64,000 nt of DNA from a virus. The notes under the pieces are model-generated. The model worked only from the letters and a program-made list of their open reading frames with translations. It ran no database searches and was not told the DNA's origin. Where the stretch lies: positions 2,929-66,928 of IMG/VR virus record IMGVR_UViG_3300046804_004994; one strand, given 5' to 3'. Shown here one piece after another: positions 33,244 to 42,879 of this stretch (position 1 is its first letter; each line of letters opens with the position of its first letter). The position numbers were made by a program, and so were the translations under genes.

Positions 33244-35559
33244 TTACGCGCCTACTAATTCATTAAAATTTGTACTGGTGCGAGTGCTGTAAAAGTTAAC
33301 CAAAATGAATTCACCTGCACGAACCGGTTTCAAATATACATCAACTACTAATTCGTTCTGGTCAATAACATTTGGTGTGTTATTTCTTTCATCGCATACA
33401 AGCAAGAAGTCATATACACCGTCTGTCTGTTTGACTGTTTCAAATATTGGTGATAGTGTATTAACAACTTGTGTTCTAGTAAACAATGTATTTGGTTCAA
33501 ATACGAAATATTTAACTGTCTTCTTTGTAGCTTTTTCTACATATAAGAACATTCTACGAACATTGATTCTATCAAATGCGCTTGGTTTCTTCAATAAGGT
33601 CTTTTGACCAAATATTACAAACCCTTCGCTTGGGAATAATGTGACTGGGTTAATACCAATCTTATATAACTGGTCACGCTCTTTTTGTTTTGGATATACT
33701 GCAAGATCAATTGCACCAATTACTCGACCACGAGTATAACCTGCTGGAGCATACCATGGATAGAAGTTTTCATCAGTATTAGCCATGTCTGCAGCTGCAA
33801 ACCCGGAGAATGGTACCCAAATATCTGTTCCGGTGTAAACATCATTAACTTTTGCCCAGTTAGCATATGTAGTTGCATAGCTTGTATTGCAAAGCTCAAA
33901 GTTTCTACGAATTGGAGCCCAAATATGAGTCGAAAACGCTTTGTTCGCATCAACAATAGTCTTATTATTTGCACCTGTTACAAAAATGTGACGAAGTGGA
34001 TCTGCAATAAACAAGCAATCTTTTCGTGTCACTTCTGCAAAATTATTGAAACGACTGAATACTGTTGTGTAAAGTGAGCGCAAATCAATTGCAGGATTAT
34101 ATGCAAATGTTGATGTTAACGCATTCAAAGCTGTCGAAAATGCAGAAGATATTGCAATATCATCATAATATGAAGTGCTATTTGCACAAGCAGCAGTGTA
34201 AATTGTGCCTAATCCAGCTTCGCAAATCAAATCAATGTTGAAAATTTCATCATCATCAATCTTTGATAAGATTCGATCTAACTTGCCTGGAATATTTCCA
34301 AGATCTTTATCTGTAACTTTTGTATCTGTATATGCACCTAGTGCAAATAATGAATCAGCATATCCAATATTGGCTGCAGCAGCAACATAATTTGCATTAT
34401 TAATACCAACATATGTATTGGTTGATAATGATGTGTTAGTTGTTAACTGGTCTTTAACAGATTGATTCAAGAAACGCACTTTCTTGCTCGGTGTTACATT
34501 ATCCCCACCATCTAACCATGTAGTTGTTAAACGATTTGAAATATTATCATTAACCAACACTGTAATATTGCGAGCATTGCTAGTTTTTTGACCAATATAA
34601 TAAGAAACCGGTTGACCAAAATTTGGATTATTGATTTGTCGATGATAATCCAACGAACCGTTGTATGATTCATCAACTAAATAGTCGAGAATTATAGAAT
34701 CTGGCGCATATGGTGATTTGAATAATTTAAATACACCCAATGTTACTGTATCTGAATATGCAGATACTGAAGTATCAAATGAAGATCCATTTTCTAATAC
34801 CTGTGATACGCTACCGACACTGTAAATGTATTGTGAAGTTAATGTAAAATTAAGCAATGAACTTGGAACAGTGGTGTAATTTGTTACGCCTGTGCCACCA
34901 TCAGTCACCTGCACGCTCTTAATATTTTGAATACTATTATAATCTGTAGTTGGTAGCACATTGCTGTTATCTACAACGCCTACATAATATCCTTCAAATC
35001 TATTATTAGTATTAACAAGCGCTTTATTCAAAACAATCATACCAGCGCTGGCAAAATCTGTGGTTGAGTTAATATTACCCACAATATTTGACTTAGAACT
35101 CCACTGGATTGAACCATTAATCAAGCTATAATATTCATCTGATGTGAGTTCAAATAATTTTGGTGTTCCAAAACAATAAATTGAATCAGAAGGTGTTAAG
35201 CTTGAAGTAAATCCATTTGCTCCTGCACTATATGTGGTGACAGGATACACCAAAGCGCTATAAACGCTACCAAAGCCGTCACCCAATCCAGCGCCGTATG
35301 GTAAACGATTCACTAACAAACGTCCATTACTACCGTCTAATATTTGTTTAGCAGTGTAATACAAATAACGTTCAGAAGCGTTAGTAGGAATACCATATAC
35401 TTGTTCAAATTCTTGAACACCTGTTATCTCAATTACTGCATCAGTAGGACCTTTTTGTGTAAAACCGGTAATAAAAATATCTGTTCCGCGTGGAATACTT
35501 GGAGACAAACTAAGATCAATTTCTGTAATCTGTACCCCAGGGCTTTGAATAATTCTCAT
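33244..35559 (-). CDS. gp18: Tail sheath protein
   Basis: SPGVQITEIDLS, PWYAPAGYTRG, FGQKTL...AFDRINVRR, FVFEPN, CDERNNT. Start placed at MRIIQ (35559). Confidence 0.96.
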   Translation of the reverse strand: MRIIQSPGVQITEIDLSLSPSIPRGTDIFITGFTQKGPTDAVIEITGVQEFEQVYGIPTNASERYLYYTAKQILDGSNGRLLVNRLPYGAGLGDGFGSVYSALVYPVTTYSAGANGFTSSLTPSDSIYCFGTPKLFELTSDEYYSLINGSIQWSSKSNIVGNINSTTDFASAGMIVLNKALVNTNNRFEGYYVGVVDNSNVLPTTDYNSIQNIKSVQVTDGGTGVTNYTTVPSSLLNFTLTSQYIYSVGSVSQVLENGSSFDTSVSAYSDTVTLGVFKLFKSPYAPDSIILDYLVDESYNGSLDYHRQINNPNFGQPVSYYIGQKTSNARNITVLVNDNISNRLTTTWLDGGDNVTPSKKVRFLNQSVKDQLTTNTSLSTNTYVGINNANYVAAAANIGYADSLFALGAYTDTKVTDKDLGNIPGKLDRILSKIDDDEIFNIDLICEAGLGTIYTAACANSTSYYDDIAISSAFSTALNALTSTFAYNPAIDLRSLYTTVFSRFNNFAEVTRKDCLFIADPLRHIFVTGANNKTIVDANKAFSTHIWAPIRRNFELCNTSYATTYANWAKVNDVYTGTDIWVPFSGFAAADMANTDENFYPWYAPAGYTRGRVIGAIDLAVYPKQKERDQLYKIGINPVTLFPSEGFVIFGQKTLLKKPSAFDRINVRRMFLYVEKATKKTVKYFVFEPNTLFTRTQVVNTLSPIFETVKQTDGVYDFLLVCDERNNTPNVIDQNELVVDVYLKPVRAGEFILVNFYSTRTSTNFNELVGA

Positions 35560-35624
35560 ATGCAATTATTTATTGTTTTCAACTCACATTTTTTCAATTA
35601 ATGCAAATTTAGTGCTTTTTGCAG

Positions 35625-36209
35625 TTATATTAACAATAAATTGACCTCATGAAATGCAAATTCAAATGAAGTTTCTATTTCCTTACCATTTCTATAATTA
35701 TAATTGATTTCACCCAACGTTACTGGAAACGCTTTTATGTAATTCCATTGAATTACATTTTTATTGAATTCATCTTTACCATATACAGTAAAGGTTGTGG
35801 AATAGTCATCAATATTAAATGTTTTATCAAGTAAATTCTTACTATCTACTATTCCATATGTACCTTCTTTTTGATCTCTTAACAAATTCAACCATGAAAA
35901 TATGACCCAATAATTATTGAACATATTATCAATTGTAAAATTCACAGATATTGGAGCGTATGCAGGTCGAGAATGTGAAGTTAAATGAACTGTTGATCCC
36001 ATATACCTTGCTTCAACTGGAGGCACTTGTATTCTTGGCACAACGGTACCGTAAATAGAAAATTGCAAAGTATCTACATTAATATTGATATTATTACGCT
36101 GGTTTCGTTTATTAATTTCTCGTAATGCTTGCGGGAGATTGATGACAAGTAAAAACTTATCTTCCCTACTCTTGTTTAGCATTGATTGTTCGTATACTGT
36201 ATCAGCCAT
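35625..36209 (-). CDS. Tail completion / tube-terminator protein (gp3/gp19-like fold)
   Basis: ISVNFTIDNMFNNYWVIFSW...AFPVTLGEINY...FEFAF. Confidence 0.65.
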   Translation of the reverse strand: MADTVYEQSMLNKSREDKFLLVINLPQALREINKRNQRNNININVDTLQFSIYGTVVPRIQVPPVEARYMGSTVHLTSHSRPAYAPISVNFTIDNMFNNYWVIFSWLNLLRDQKEGTYGIVDSKNLLDKTFNIDDYSTTFTVYGKDEFNKNVIQWNYIKAFPVTLGEINYNYRNGKEIETSFEFAFHEVNLLLI

Positions 36210-37289
36210 TTATTTTATAGAAATTTTAAGCCCTTTGCTAGATAAATGTGAAATTTTTACAAAATCACCTATTTGCATTTTCGGTGCATACTTATAACCA
36301 TTTTCGTTTACCCAAAAAAATCCAGTTATAGATTTTGGAAACAACTCTGTAACATATTGAGGATCAATAAAATAAGACTCTAATTTATGAAATCTGTTCA
36401 ACAAATTCATTTTATTAAGTGTATGCTTAAACTGGTTAGTAGATGGGCACAAATGCTTATAATTTTTACAAGCGTTCTTTAATATAACATGATCTAATTT
36501 TTCTACTTCATTATTAATAAACGAAGTAGTTTCTTCATCTGGATCGTTAATAGCATATGTAGATGTTATTGCTCCTACAATATCATTTATACGAGTGTTA
36601 TGATAATGCTCCGCATCTTGCACATACTTGTTCAAATAATTGATCAATTGTTTGATTGATATATAAAATACTGAGCCACGTAGATCTCGATATTTACCTG
36701 CGTATATTTTATCACCATTAATCAGTGTAATAGAAATTTCATTTATATCCTCGAATACTGCATCAATATATTTTCCAATAGTCCACGATTTCAAATCATT
36801 GTGTTGTTTTCGTCGTTCGTTCAGTGAACTAGAACCTTCCTTGCCTTTAGGCTCCATAAGATTAGGAAAGATTATGTTTCGCATATCGTTGTCAACAACA
36901 CCTTTATTTTCATCACTCAAACTATCATATTTGTCTTTAATAGGTTGTAACAATTCAAACAAAGACTTTTGAATTAGTCTCATTAACGGTAGACCTTCTT
37001 TACCAATTCGGGCACTAGGTGTTTTTTTAACCTCAAATGTAAGATTATCTACCATAACATCATATGAAACAGATTCACCTTGAACGTATTTATTAAGCTC
37101 GTTTATATCTACACTACCTGTTAATAAAGACGCCACACTGTACTCACCAGGCCCAGTACCAGTTTTTGACACATTAAACAAATTTTGTTGTTCTTTAGTC
37201 CAAGCACCGTTTTGTACTAATGAATGATTGAATATAACCGATTCATTTAAAATTGTGCGTTCGTAAATTTTTCGCAAAAAATAATTCAT
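36210..37289 (-). CDS. Putative PD-(D/E)xK nuclease-fold protein, possibly virion-packaged
   Basis: GPGE...SYDVMVDNLTFEVKK motif; TAAATA 6 nt upstream; leader ends ILNE. Confidence 0.5.
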   Translation of the reverse strand: MNYFLRKIYERTILNESVIFNHSLVQNGAWTKEQQNLFNVSKTGTGPGEYSVASLLTGSVDINELNKYVQGESVSYDVMVDNLTFEVKKTPSARIGKEGLPLMRLIQKSLFELLQPIKDKYDSLSDENKGVVDNDMRNIIFPNLMEPKGKEGSSSLNERRKQHNDLKSWTIGKYIDAVFEDINEISITLINGDKIYAGKYRDLRGSVFYISIKQLINYLNKYVQDAEHYHNTRINDIVGAITSTYAINDPDEETTSFINNEVEKLDHVILKNACKNYKHLCPSTNQFKHTLNKMNLLNRFHKLESYFIDPQYVTELFPKSITGFFWVNENGYKYAPKMQIGDFVKISHLSSKGLKISIK

Positions 37290-37298
37290 ATTCAATAT

Positions 37299-37817
37299 TT
37301 AATGTAATAATAATTTATATATTACTTCCTTATCTTTTAATGATATTTTTGGCATGAAATTGACACGCTTGCCTTGCATCAACCCTTTACGCACTGCTGT
37401 GCCTGATATTCTTCCAAATTGATCTGGTACACTCACAACCTGAACCTTTGGATACTTTTCTTTGTTTTTATCAAAATATTCAAATCGTTTCAAATCATCT
37501 TTTCCTGCACCGACTATATATGGTTTGGTAGGGTCTTTATCAACATAATCATATACAGATTTTACAGGAGTTATAGGTGATATTTCAATAAGTGTTTCAA
37601 TATCTAAATACTTTGCATATATCTCCCATATTACCTTAGATTGTTTTGCTGTGATACCGTCGCGATCCTTGTTACCAATAAATACTACTGCTTGTGATGC
37701 ATTTGTTTGATTAATCAAATATTGTAATGCAGCAAAATGTCCTTTATGCGGAGGTTTGAAACCTCCAGGGTATAAAACTGTCGCGTAATTTTGTGAAAAA
37801 TCTTTAAAGTTTTGCAT
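37299..37817 (-). CDS. HxGH-family nucleotidyltransferase (cytidylyltransferase/NMNAT-like)
   Basis: YPGGFKPPHKGH and ISGTAVR motifs; start MQNFKDF with AGGAGG 6 nt upstream. Confidence 0.85.
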   Translation of the reverse strand: MQNFKDFSQNYATVLYPGGFKPPHKGHFAALQYLINQTNASQAVVFIGNKDRDGITAKQSKVIWEIYAKYLDIETLIEISPITPVKSVYDYVDKDPTKPYIVGAGKDDLKRFEYFDKNKEKYPKVQVVSVPDQFGRISGTAVRKGLMQGKRVNFMPKISLKDKEVIYKLLLH

Positions 37818-38757
37818 CTCTTTCCTCCTTGTTCTTGAAAAATTCTGGTGTGTTAACTTTAAATAGTAAATTACCGATTTTAACAACGATACCTTCAAAT
37901 TCTCCTAGTCTACCAGCAACAGTAGATGCTGTATCTAATAATTTTTGGTACATTGCAGCTTGCACAGGTGTTAATTGATTGATTATATATGCTGATAATT
38001 CTTTACGTGCTCGAACATCGACATGTTTTAATGATTTTGATTTTAATGTATTATCTAAATCAGGATATTGTCTGTATAAATCTGATATAACATTTAACGC
38101 ATTAACAGTTTCCATACGGAGATTAATATCTGGGAAAACGTCAATTCCCGCTGGTAAAAATTTCACTTCTTTATTTGTCAATTTTAATAATTTAGGCAAA
38201 ACATGGTTTATAGGTTTTCCATTGCTGTCTGATACGTTAATTATTACAAATGTTGACCACGTTCCTAATTTTGTAATATCATAATCTGTTGCCACAAAAT
38301 ATACAGCTCCTGGTTTGTTTTCACGTTCAAGAGCAAGCGGTGAATATAACCACTCTGCTTGAATAGTAATACCGTTTTTATTATTTTCAAATGCAGATGC
38401 TACTAATTCTTGCAATTTATAAAAATTCTCTTTGAATGCTCTTTTTACAGGTTCATACTTAATTCTTGTTTCAAATTCATTAGGATCGGTTACTACACCG
38501 GAGTAACTGCTTTGCATGAAAAATTTATGATCTGGTAAAACACCAAACTTTAATGCAATCCCATCAGCTTTTTCAGATAAATTTGCATTCTCAGAATGCA
38601 ATATACCATTATGTTGTTTTAAATATTCTACCACTTCTTTAAAAGTAAAGAAATTCATAGAAAGATGTGATTTTGTAGGATGATATAAATGTTGAATACC
38701 AACGCGGTCACCTTCACGACCTTCAATAATAAATTGTTTAAATGTTAATGGTGACAT
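37804..38757 (-). CDS. RNA-ligase-like covalent nucleotidyltransferase
   Basis: Motif I SEKADG, QAEW, motif IV EGIVVK, motif V FKV; start MSPLTFKQFIIE. Confidence 0.7.
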   Translation of the reverse strand: MSPLTFKQFIIEGREGDRVGIQHLYHPTKSHLSMNFFTFKEVVEYLKQHNGILHSENANLSEKADGIALKFGVLPDHKFFMQSSYSGVVTDPNEFETRIKYEPVKRAFKENFYKLQELVASAFENNKNGITIQAEWLYSPLALERENKPGAVYFVATDYDITKLGTWSTFVIINVSDSNGKPINHVLPKLLKLTNKEVKFLPAGIDVFPDINLRMETVNALNVISDLYRQYPDLDNTLKSKSLKHVDVRARKELSAYIINQLTPVQAAMYQKLLDTASTVAGRLGEFEGIVVKIGNLLFKVNTPEFFKNKEERDAKL

Positions 38758-39451
38758 TGTAGGTGTTTTGTAGTGTTTGTAACCCTTCATGTAATATTTC
38801 TTTGACTTTATTTATAGGATATAATGATTTCAATTTATCTACAATACTAGGTATATTAGATAAATCATTTGCAACTGCATGTTTATCATCAAATAATATT
38901 TGTGCAATTTCATTTACATTATTTGTTATATATGCATTAGTTTCCCTATTTAACAATGCTTCATTTGATAGTTTGCAGTTGCGATATTTTGCTAAACTAG
39001 CTAATAAAATATTTCGATGCATACCTTTTAAAGGTGGTTCCTCATTATTTGCCATTCTAAATTTAGCAAAAGGAATGTCATTGAATAACATGAAGTCTAC
39101 TTGAGCATATTGATTAGTATTGGGAACCGCTGCTTTAAAATGTACTGATATTCCCGTTTTCTTAATATATTCCTTAGGATCTAAACCATTTACTGTGCAA
39201 AAATCTGTTAACTTATTAATAAGTTCCGATTTTTTAGAAGCATCTACAGCAATATCAATATCACCGCTTATATCTTTTTTTCCTGTTGATCCTAACAAAT
39301 TATTTTTCAAATCTATGTTTAAAATACGTTCTAATTCATACACAACAGTGAACACATCATCTCGTTGTACCGGAGATGTTGCACTAGAACCATCAGGATT
39401 TTTATAAACATTGCCTCCTTCTTGAAGAATATATTGCTTAAATGTTATCAT
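38738..39451 (-). CDS. Pol-beta-superfamily nucleotidyltransferase
   Basis: LLGSTGKKDISGDIDIAVD (hG[GS]...DxD) and third Asp in QVDFM. Confidence 0.8.
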   Translation of the reverse strand: MITFKQYILQEGGNVYKNPDGSSATSPVQRDDVFTVVYELERILNIDLKNNLLGSTGKKDISGDIDIAVDASKKSELINKLTDFCTVNGLDPKEYIKKTGISVHFKAAVPNTNQYAQVDFMLFNDIPFAKFRMANNEEPPLKGMHRNILLASLAKYRNCKLSNEALLNRETNAYITNNVNEIAQILFDDKHAVANDLSNIPSIVDKLKSLYPINKVKEILHEGLQTLQNTYNVTINI

Positions 39452-39457
39452 TTTGAT

Positions 39458-39465
39458 TATTTATA
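39458..39465 (-). promoter_or_regulatory. Late promoter TATAAATA
   Basis: Perfect match 6 nt upstream of ATG 39451, overlapping the terminase stop. Confidence 0.7.
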
Positions 39466-42196
39466 AAAATCTCCATCCTTGATTATGTAAATCTTCAATA
39501 TCTAAATTATCTTGAGAATTACCACCAAACATTATTGGCAATGCCTGTCCTTCTGTAACACTATCTTTTTGATTTGAATATATTGATGTGGGATTCATAA
39601 AGTATTGAATACCATAATCTAATTGTCTTAATAATAATGGCTTGTTATTATCATCTTTTTGTACTATTTCAAAATATTTTTCTACCAATGCATCGTGCAA
39701 TATAAACAATGCCCATGCTAATGACATTACTCTATCGTCAAAATTGCCTGAAGATGCAGACCATGAATTATTAGGATTGCGTGTAAATGTTTTTAATTCA
39801 TTCAATGTGTGTATATCCTTTAAATGTACTGACTTAACGGTGTTGAGCCAATATCTTTTATTACTGATTGATTGATATTTTACATTAACATGTGAGATAA
39901 TACCTAAGCGCAACTTATCCCGCGCTGCCAAAGAAGATCCATAATTTACGATATTCTCGTAATTAAAATCTTTTCGTAAATTATCTACTACAACCATGCC
40001 GCAATTGTTTCTTTCAATTAATACAATTGGTTTGCCCCAGTTTAATAATATTTCATGTAATCTTGGAGTAAACTCAATAGGTGTAATCTCGTTTGAATGA
40101 TATTGAGCAACTTGTTTAATATCTCGCAAATCTGTAATATCTAATATTTGCATGCAAGTTGCATCTTTTCCTATACCTTCACTTATATCTACACCAACAA
40201 CATAAATGCGTTCTGGATTTGGTGTTTCCCATATTTTATAATGCCCGTTATCTAATAAGATTTCAGGTTCACAACATTCTGTTTTAAGTCTTTCAAATAA
40301 ATCAATATCAATTGAAGTTTCACCAAGTTGTAAAAATTTACAATTAAACTCACGATCAAACATTGCAGGATCACTTAAGGATGCCATTGTTTCGCGTTTC
40401 CATTTCTCGCCACGACCAGGTACTTGATCCCATGTCACTTTCATATATTTCCAACCATTTTCTTCTTTTACGGCGCCTTCATATATTTTATAAAACAATC
40501 CACTAGTATCACGTGGGGTAGATGACATGATAATTTTAGATTTCTTAGAAGATGAAATAATTGGATACACTGATGCCCAGAATTCTTCTAAGAGCCCTGA
40601 TTCAATAAAATCTGCTTCATCGACTAGTAGACAATTATGCAACACTATATTGTTTGCTATAAGAGTGTTGTCTTCTGTTTCCACGATATCATATGTTTCA
40701 TATATATCATCTAAAACTTTCTTGGATGTGACTATATCAAGACTATTAAATGTTTCAATATAATCACCTATTTTAATATCTTCTGCAGATTTAAAAATGT
40801 TATTTGTTTTATCAACTAATACTTTATGATCAGCAGTTAACTTGATAATGTTCCCATTTTTTGTGGTCAATTGTAACACGTTTCTTTTAGTCTTGTGTGT
40901 AAATAAAAATCTATTAAATCCTTGCGAAGTTAGTACATGTTCACTAGGAATAGTAATATTAATAATTTGCACACCCTCTTTATATTTTGATTTAAAATAA
41001 TCAACATATCTAAAATATGATTTTTTCTGTGTCGGGTTTTTCAACTTTATCGAATCGAACACGAATAATACTTTATATCCTGCTGAAATTATTGCATCTA
41101 TTTTAATTTTATCTTTTTCAAACGGAGATGACCATAAATGATGACGTTCCATAACTTCAACAACAATTTGATGCTGTTCATCGACCCCGTCTACAATATA
41201 ACCTTTAATATTTTTTTGACGCTCCAAAGAATAAGATTGTGTTTTTTCTATTATTTTTAATAGAAAGTTTTCGTTAGCACCAATATTTGTTTTGTATCCA
41301 TATGTATTAGTTCCATTATTCTTTAAACGCTTTTCAATATTCTCACGGCATTTATTATTACATTTCTTTGAACATGTTGTAGCGTAACATAAAAATGTTT
41401 CATGAAACATTTTCACTGCATTACCACATACTAAACATTTAGGGATATCATATATTTTGTTCACTATATGATGTAATTTTTGTATCAGCGGCGCTTCAAT
41501 CCGTTTTCCTATTACTTTTATCAATTCTTTATCAACAAAATCACATATCGAAGGATAATGCTTATTTTTGTTTGTATTTGCAGCTCTTATACGATTCTTA
41601 GCATTATACCAATCATATATGAATTTTATTTTTTCTGAATAACTTAAATTGATAAATTTCTTTTCATATTGAATATTGCGTTTAAGCTTTTTAAATGGTA
41701 TTTTATTTAGCTTGACTGGGTAAGTATATAATTCTGTTATCCCTTGACTATACCAGTCAAGTCGCTGCTTTAATGAAGGATTTAATCTATCCATAAACTT
41801 TGTTTCGGATATTAACAACTTGCATAATTGTGGTGCATTTTTTAACTGCCTAACATACGCAACACTTTTCAAGATTGCACGTTGCTCATTAATAGAATAT
41901 TGTCCTAGTTTATTATATTTTGGTATATGTTTTACACAACTACTATACCCACTTCGTAAATTGCAGAATTTATAATACCAGTTGTGATGATCTGTAGGAA
42001 TTTGAGATAAATTATATGTGAAATGATATATCCGTTGTGTTAACTCGCGTTGAATTATATGAGCTGGTAAGAACTGAGTCTTTTTGTAAATATATCTCTT
42101 AAACTTTTTACCACGCTTTGATTTTAAAATAGCTAATAATTTAGTAGTATTATTTTGATGTATTAGTTGTTTGCACACATATCGTAACGTAAACAT
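39461..42196 (-). CDS. gp17: Endonuclease / C-intein / large terminase C-terminal part (Walker B plus nuclease)
   Basis: Zn ribbon and Vsr/DUF559-like endonuclease, then HINT blocks (LTADH...YDI...NNIVLHN/C), then LLVDEADF, SSTP, GVDISEG, DDRVMS. Confidence 0.9.
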   Translation of the reverse strand: MFTLRYVCKQLIHQNNTTKLLAILKSKRGKKFKRYIYKKTQFLPAHIIQRELTQRIYHFTYNLSQIPTDHHNWYYKFCNLRSGYSSCVKHIPKYNKLGQYSINEQRAILKSVAYVRQLKNAPQLCKLLISETKFMDRLNPSLKQRLDWYSQGITELYTYPVKLNKIPFKKLKRNIQYEKKFINLSYSEKIKFIYDWYNAKNRIRAANTNKNKHYPSICDFVDKELIKVIGKRIEAPLIQKLHHIVNKIYDIPKCLVCGNAVKMFHETFLCYATTCSKKCNNKCRENIEKRLKNNGTNTYGYKTNIGANENFLLKIIEKTQSYSLERQKNIKGYIVDGVDEQHQIVVEVMERHHLWSSPFEKDKIKIDAIISAGYKVLFVFDSIKLKNPTQKKSYFRYVDYFKSKYKEGVQIINITIPSEHVLTSQGFNRFLFTHKTKRNVLQLTTKNGNIIKLTADHKVLVDKTNNIFKSAEDIKIGDYIETFNSLDIVTSKKVLDDIYETYDIVETEDNTLIANNIVLHNCLLVDEADFIESGLLEEFWASVYPIISSSKKSKIIMSSTPRDTSGLFYKIYEGAVKEENGWKYMKVTWDQVPGRGEKWKRETMASLSDPAMFDREFNCKFLQLGETSIDIDLFERLKTECCEPEILLDNGHYKIWETPNPERIYVVGVDISEGIGKDATCMQILDITDLRDIKQVAQYHSNEITPIEFTPRLHEILLNWGKPIVLIERNNCGMVVVDNLRKDFNYENIVNYGSSLAARDKLRLGIISHVNVKYQSISNKRYWLNTVKSVHLKDIHTLNELKTFTRNPNNSWSASSGNFDDRVMSLAWALFILHDALVEKYFEIVQKDDNNKPLLLRQLDYGIQYFMNPTSIYSNQKDSVTEGQALPIMFGGNSQDNLDIEDLHNQGWRFL

Positions 42197-42344
42197 ATCA
42201 TATATTTATATTGACTTATGATATTTCAACAAGCTCCCCGTCAAAATATGTTTCGTCAATATATTTATGAAACTGTTGAATAGTTGTATTATATAATATT
42301 CCTTTATTATCTATAAACTGAATTTCAGAATCACCTGATATGCA
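40634..42344 (-). mobile_element. Naturally split intein with associated endonuclease in terminase
   Basis: IntN begins CISGDSEI at 42344 and ends at the stop 42216-42218. IntC ends HN at 40634, followed by Cys+1. Confidence 0.88.
42203..42210 (-). promoter_or_regulatory. Late promoter TATAAATA between the two terminase fragments
   Basis: Perfect match 6 nt upstream of ATG 42196. Confidence 0.7.
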
Positions 42345-42854
42345 ATTGCAAGAACTACCTCGACCAGCAGTTCCTGTAGTAGTTGTAATACCAATAGAAC
42401 TACCATTTTCTAATTCCATCGATTCTTTACCATATTCCTTTACAGGGCTTTTAATCCAGTTTGGCAATGCTTCATATGCCATTCGAACACGTTTAAATAT
42501 CAATTTAGCAGTACCTTCTTTGTTTGCAACAATTAATATAAATTGGCTTTCATTAAAAAGTGCTTGCCATAAACATAGAATCGTACTAATGGTGCTCTTC
42601 CCCGTTTGACGCGAGAACAATAAACAAGAAAAGCGATTATCTACCATCATTTTCAATGCGTCTTTCTGATACTTGTGAAGTTTAATCTTTTGCTTACCAT
42701 CATCAAGATTAATAATGTAGAAATAATTTTCTGCAAAATATAAAATATCTTTTTGACATTTTTGAATTTCTTTCACCATTTCAGGTGTATATTCAAATGT
42801 GGTCCCAACTGCAGGCAGGTTGGGATTATTTAAATAGTGTGATTTTTTAGCCAT
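42216..42854 (-). CDS. gp17: Large terminase N-terminal part (ATPase, Walker A) plus 42-aa N-intein
   Basis: YLNNPNLP, YFAENY, YQK (Q motif), SRQTGKST, LENGS, GRGSSCN then CISGDS; start MAKKSHY. Confidence 0.92.
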   Translation of the reverse strand: MAKKSHYLNNPNLPAVGTTFEYTPEMVKEIQKCQKDILYFAENYFYIINLDDGKQKIKLHKYQKDALKMMVDNRFSCLLFSRQTGKSTISTILCLWQALFNESQFILIVANKEGTAKLIFKRVRMAYEALPNWIKSPVKEYGKESMELENGSSIGITTTTGTAGRGSSCNCISGDSEIQFIDNKGILYNTTIQQFHKYIDETYFDGELVEIS

Positions 42855-42861
42855 ACAACAA

Positions 42862-42871
42862 TAAATATTTA
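42862..42871. promoter_or_regulatory. Palindromic TAAATATTTA, putative bidirectional late promoter
   Basis: One 10-bp palindrome between divergent ATGs at 42854 and 42880. Confidence 0.55.
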
Positions 42872-42879
42872 AACAATAT

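Noticed and set aside
42197-42218. Group I intron or frameshift explaining the terminase break
   Set aside because: The spacer is only 19 nt and contains a promoter, no intron core is visible, and both flanks carry intein motifs.
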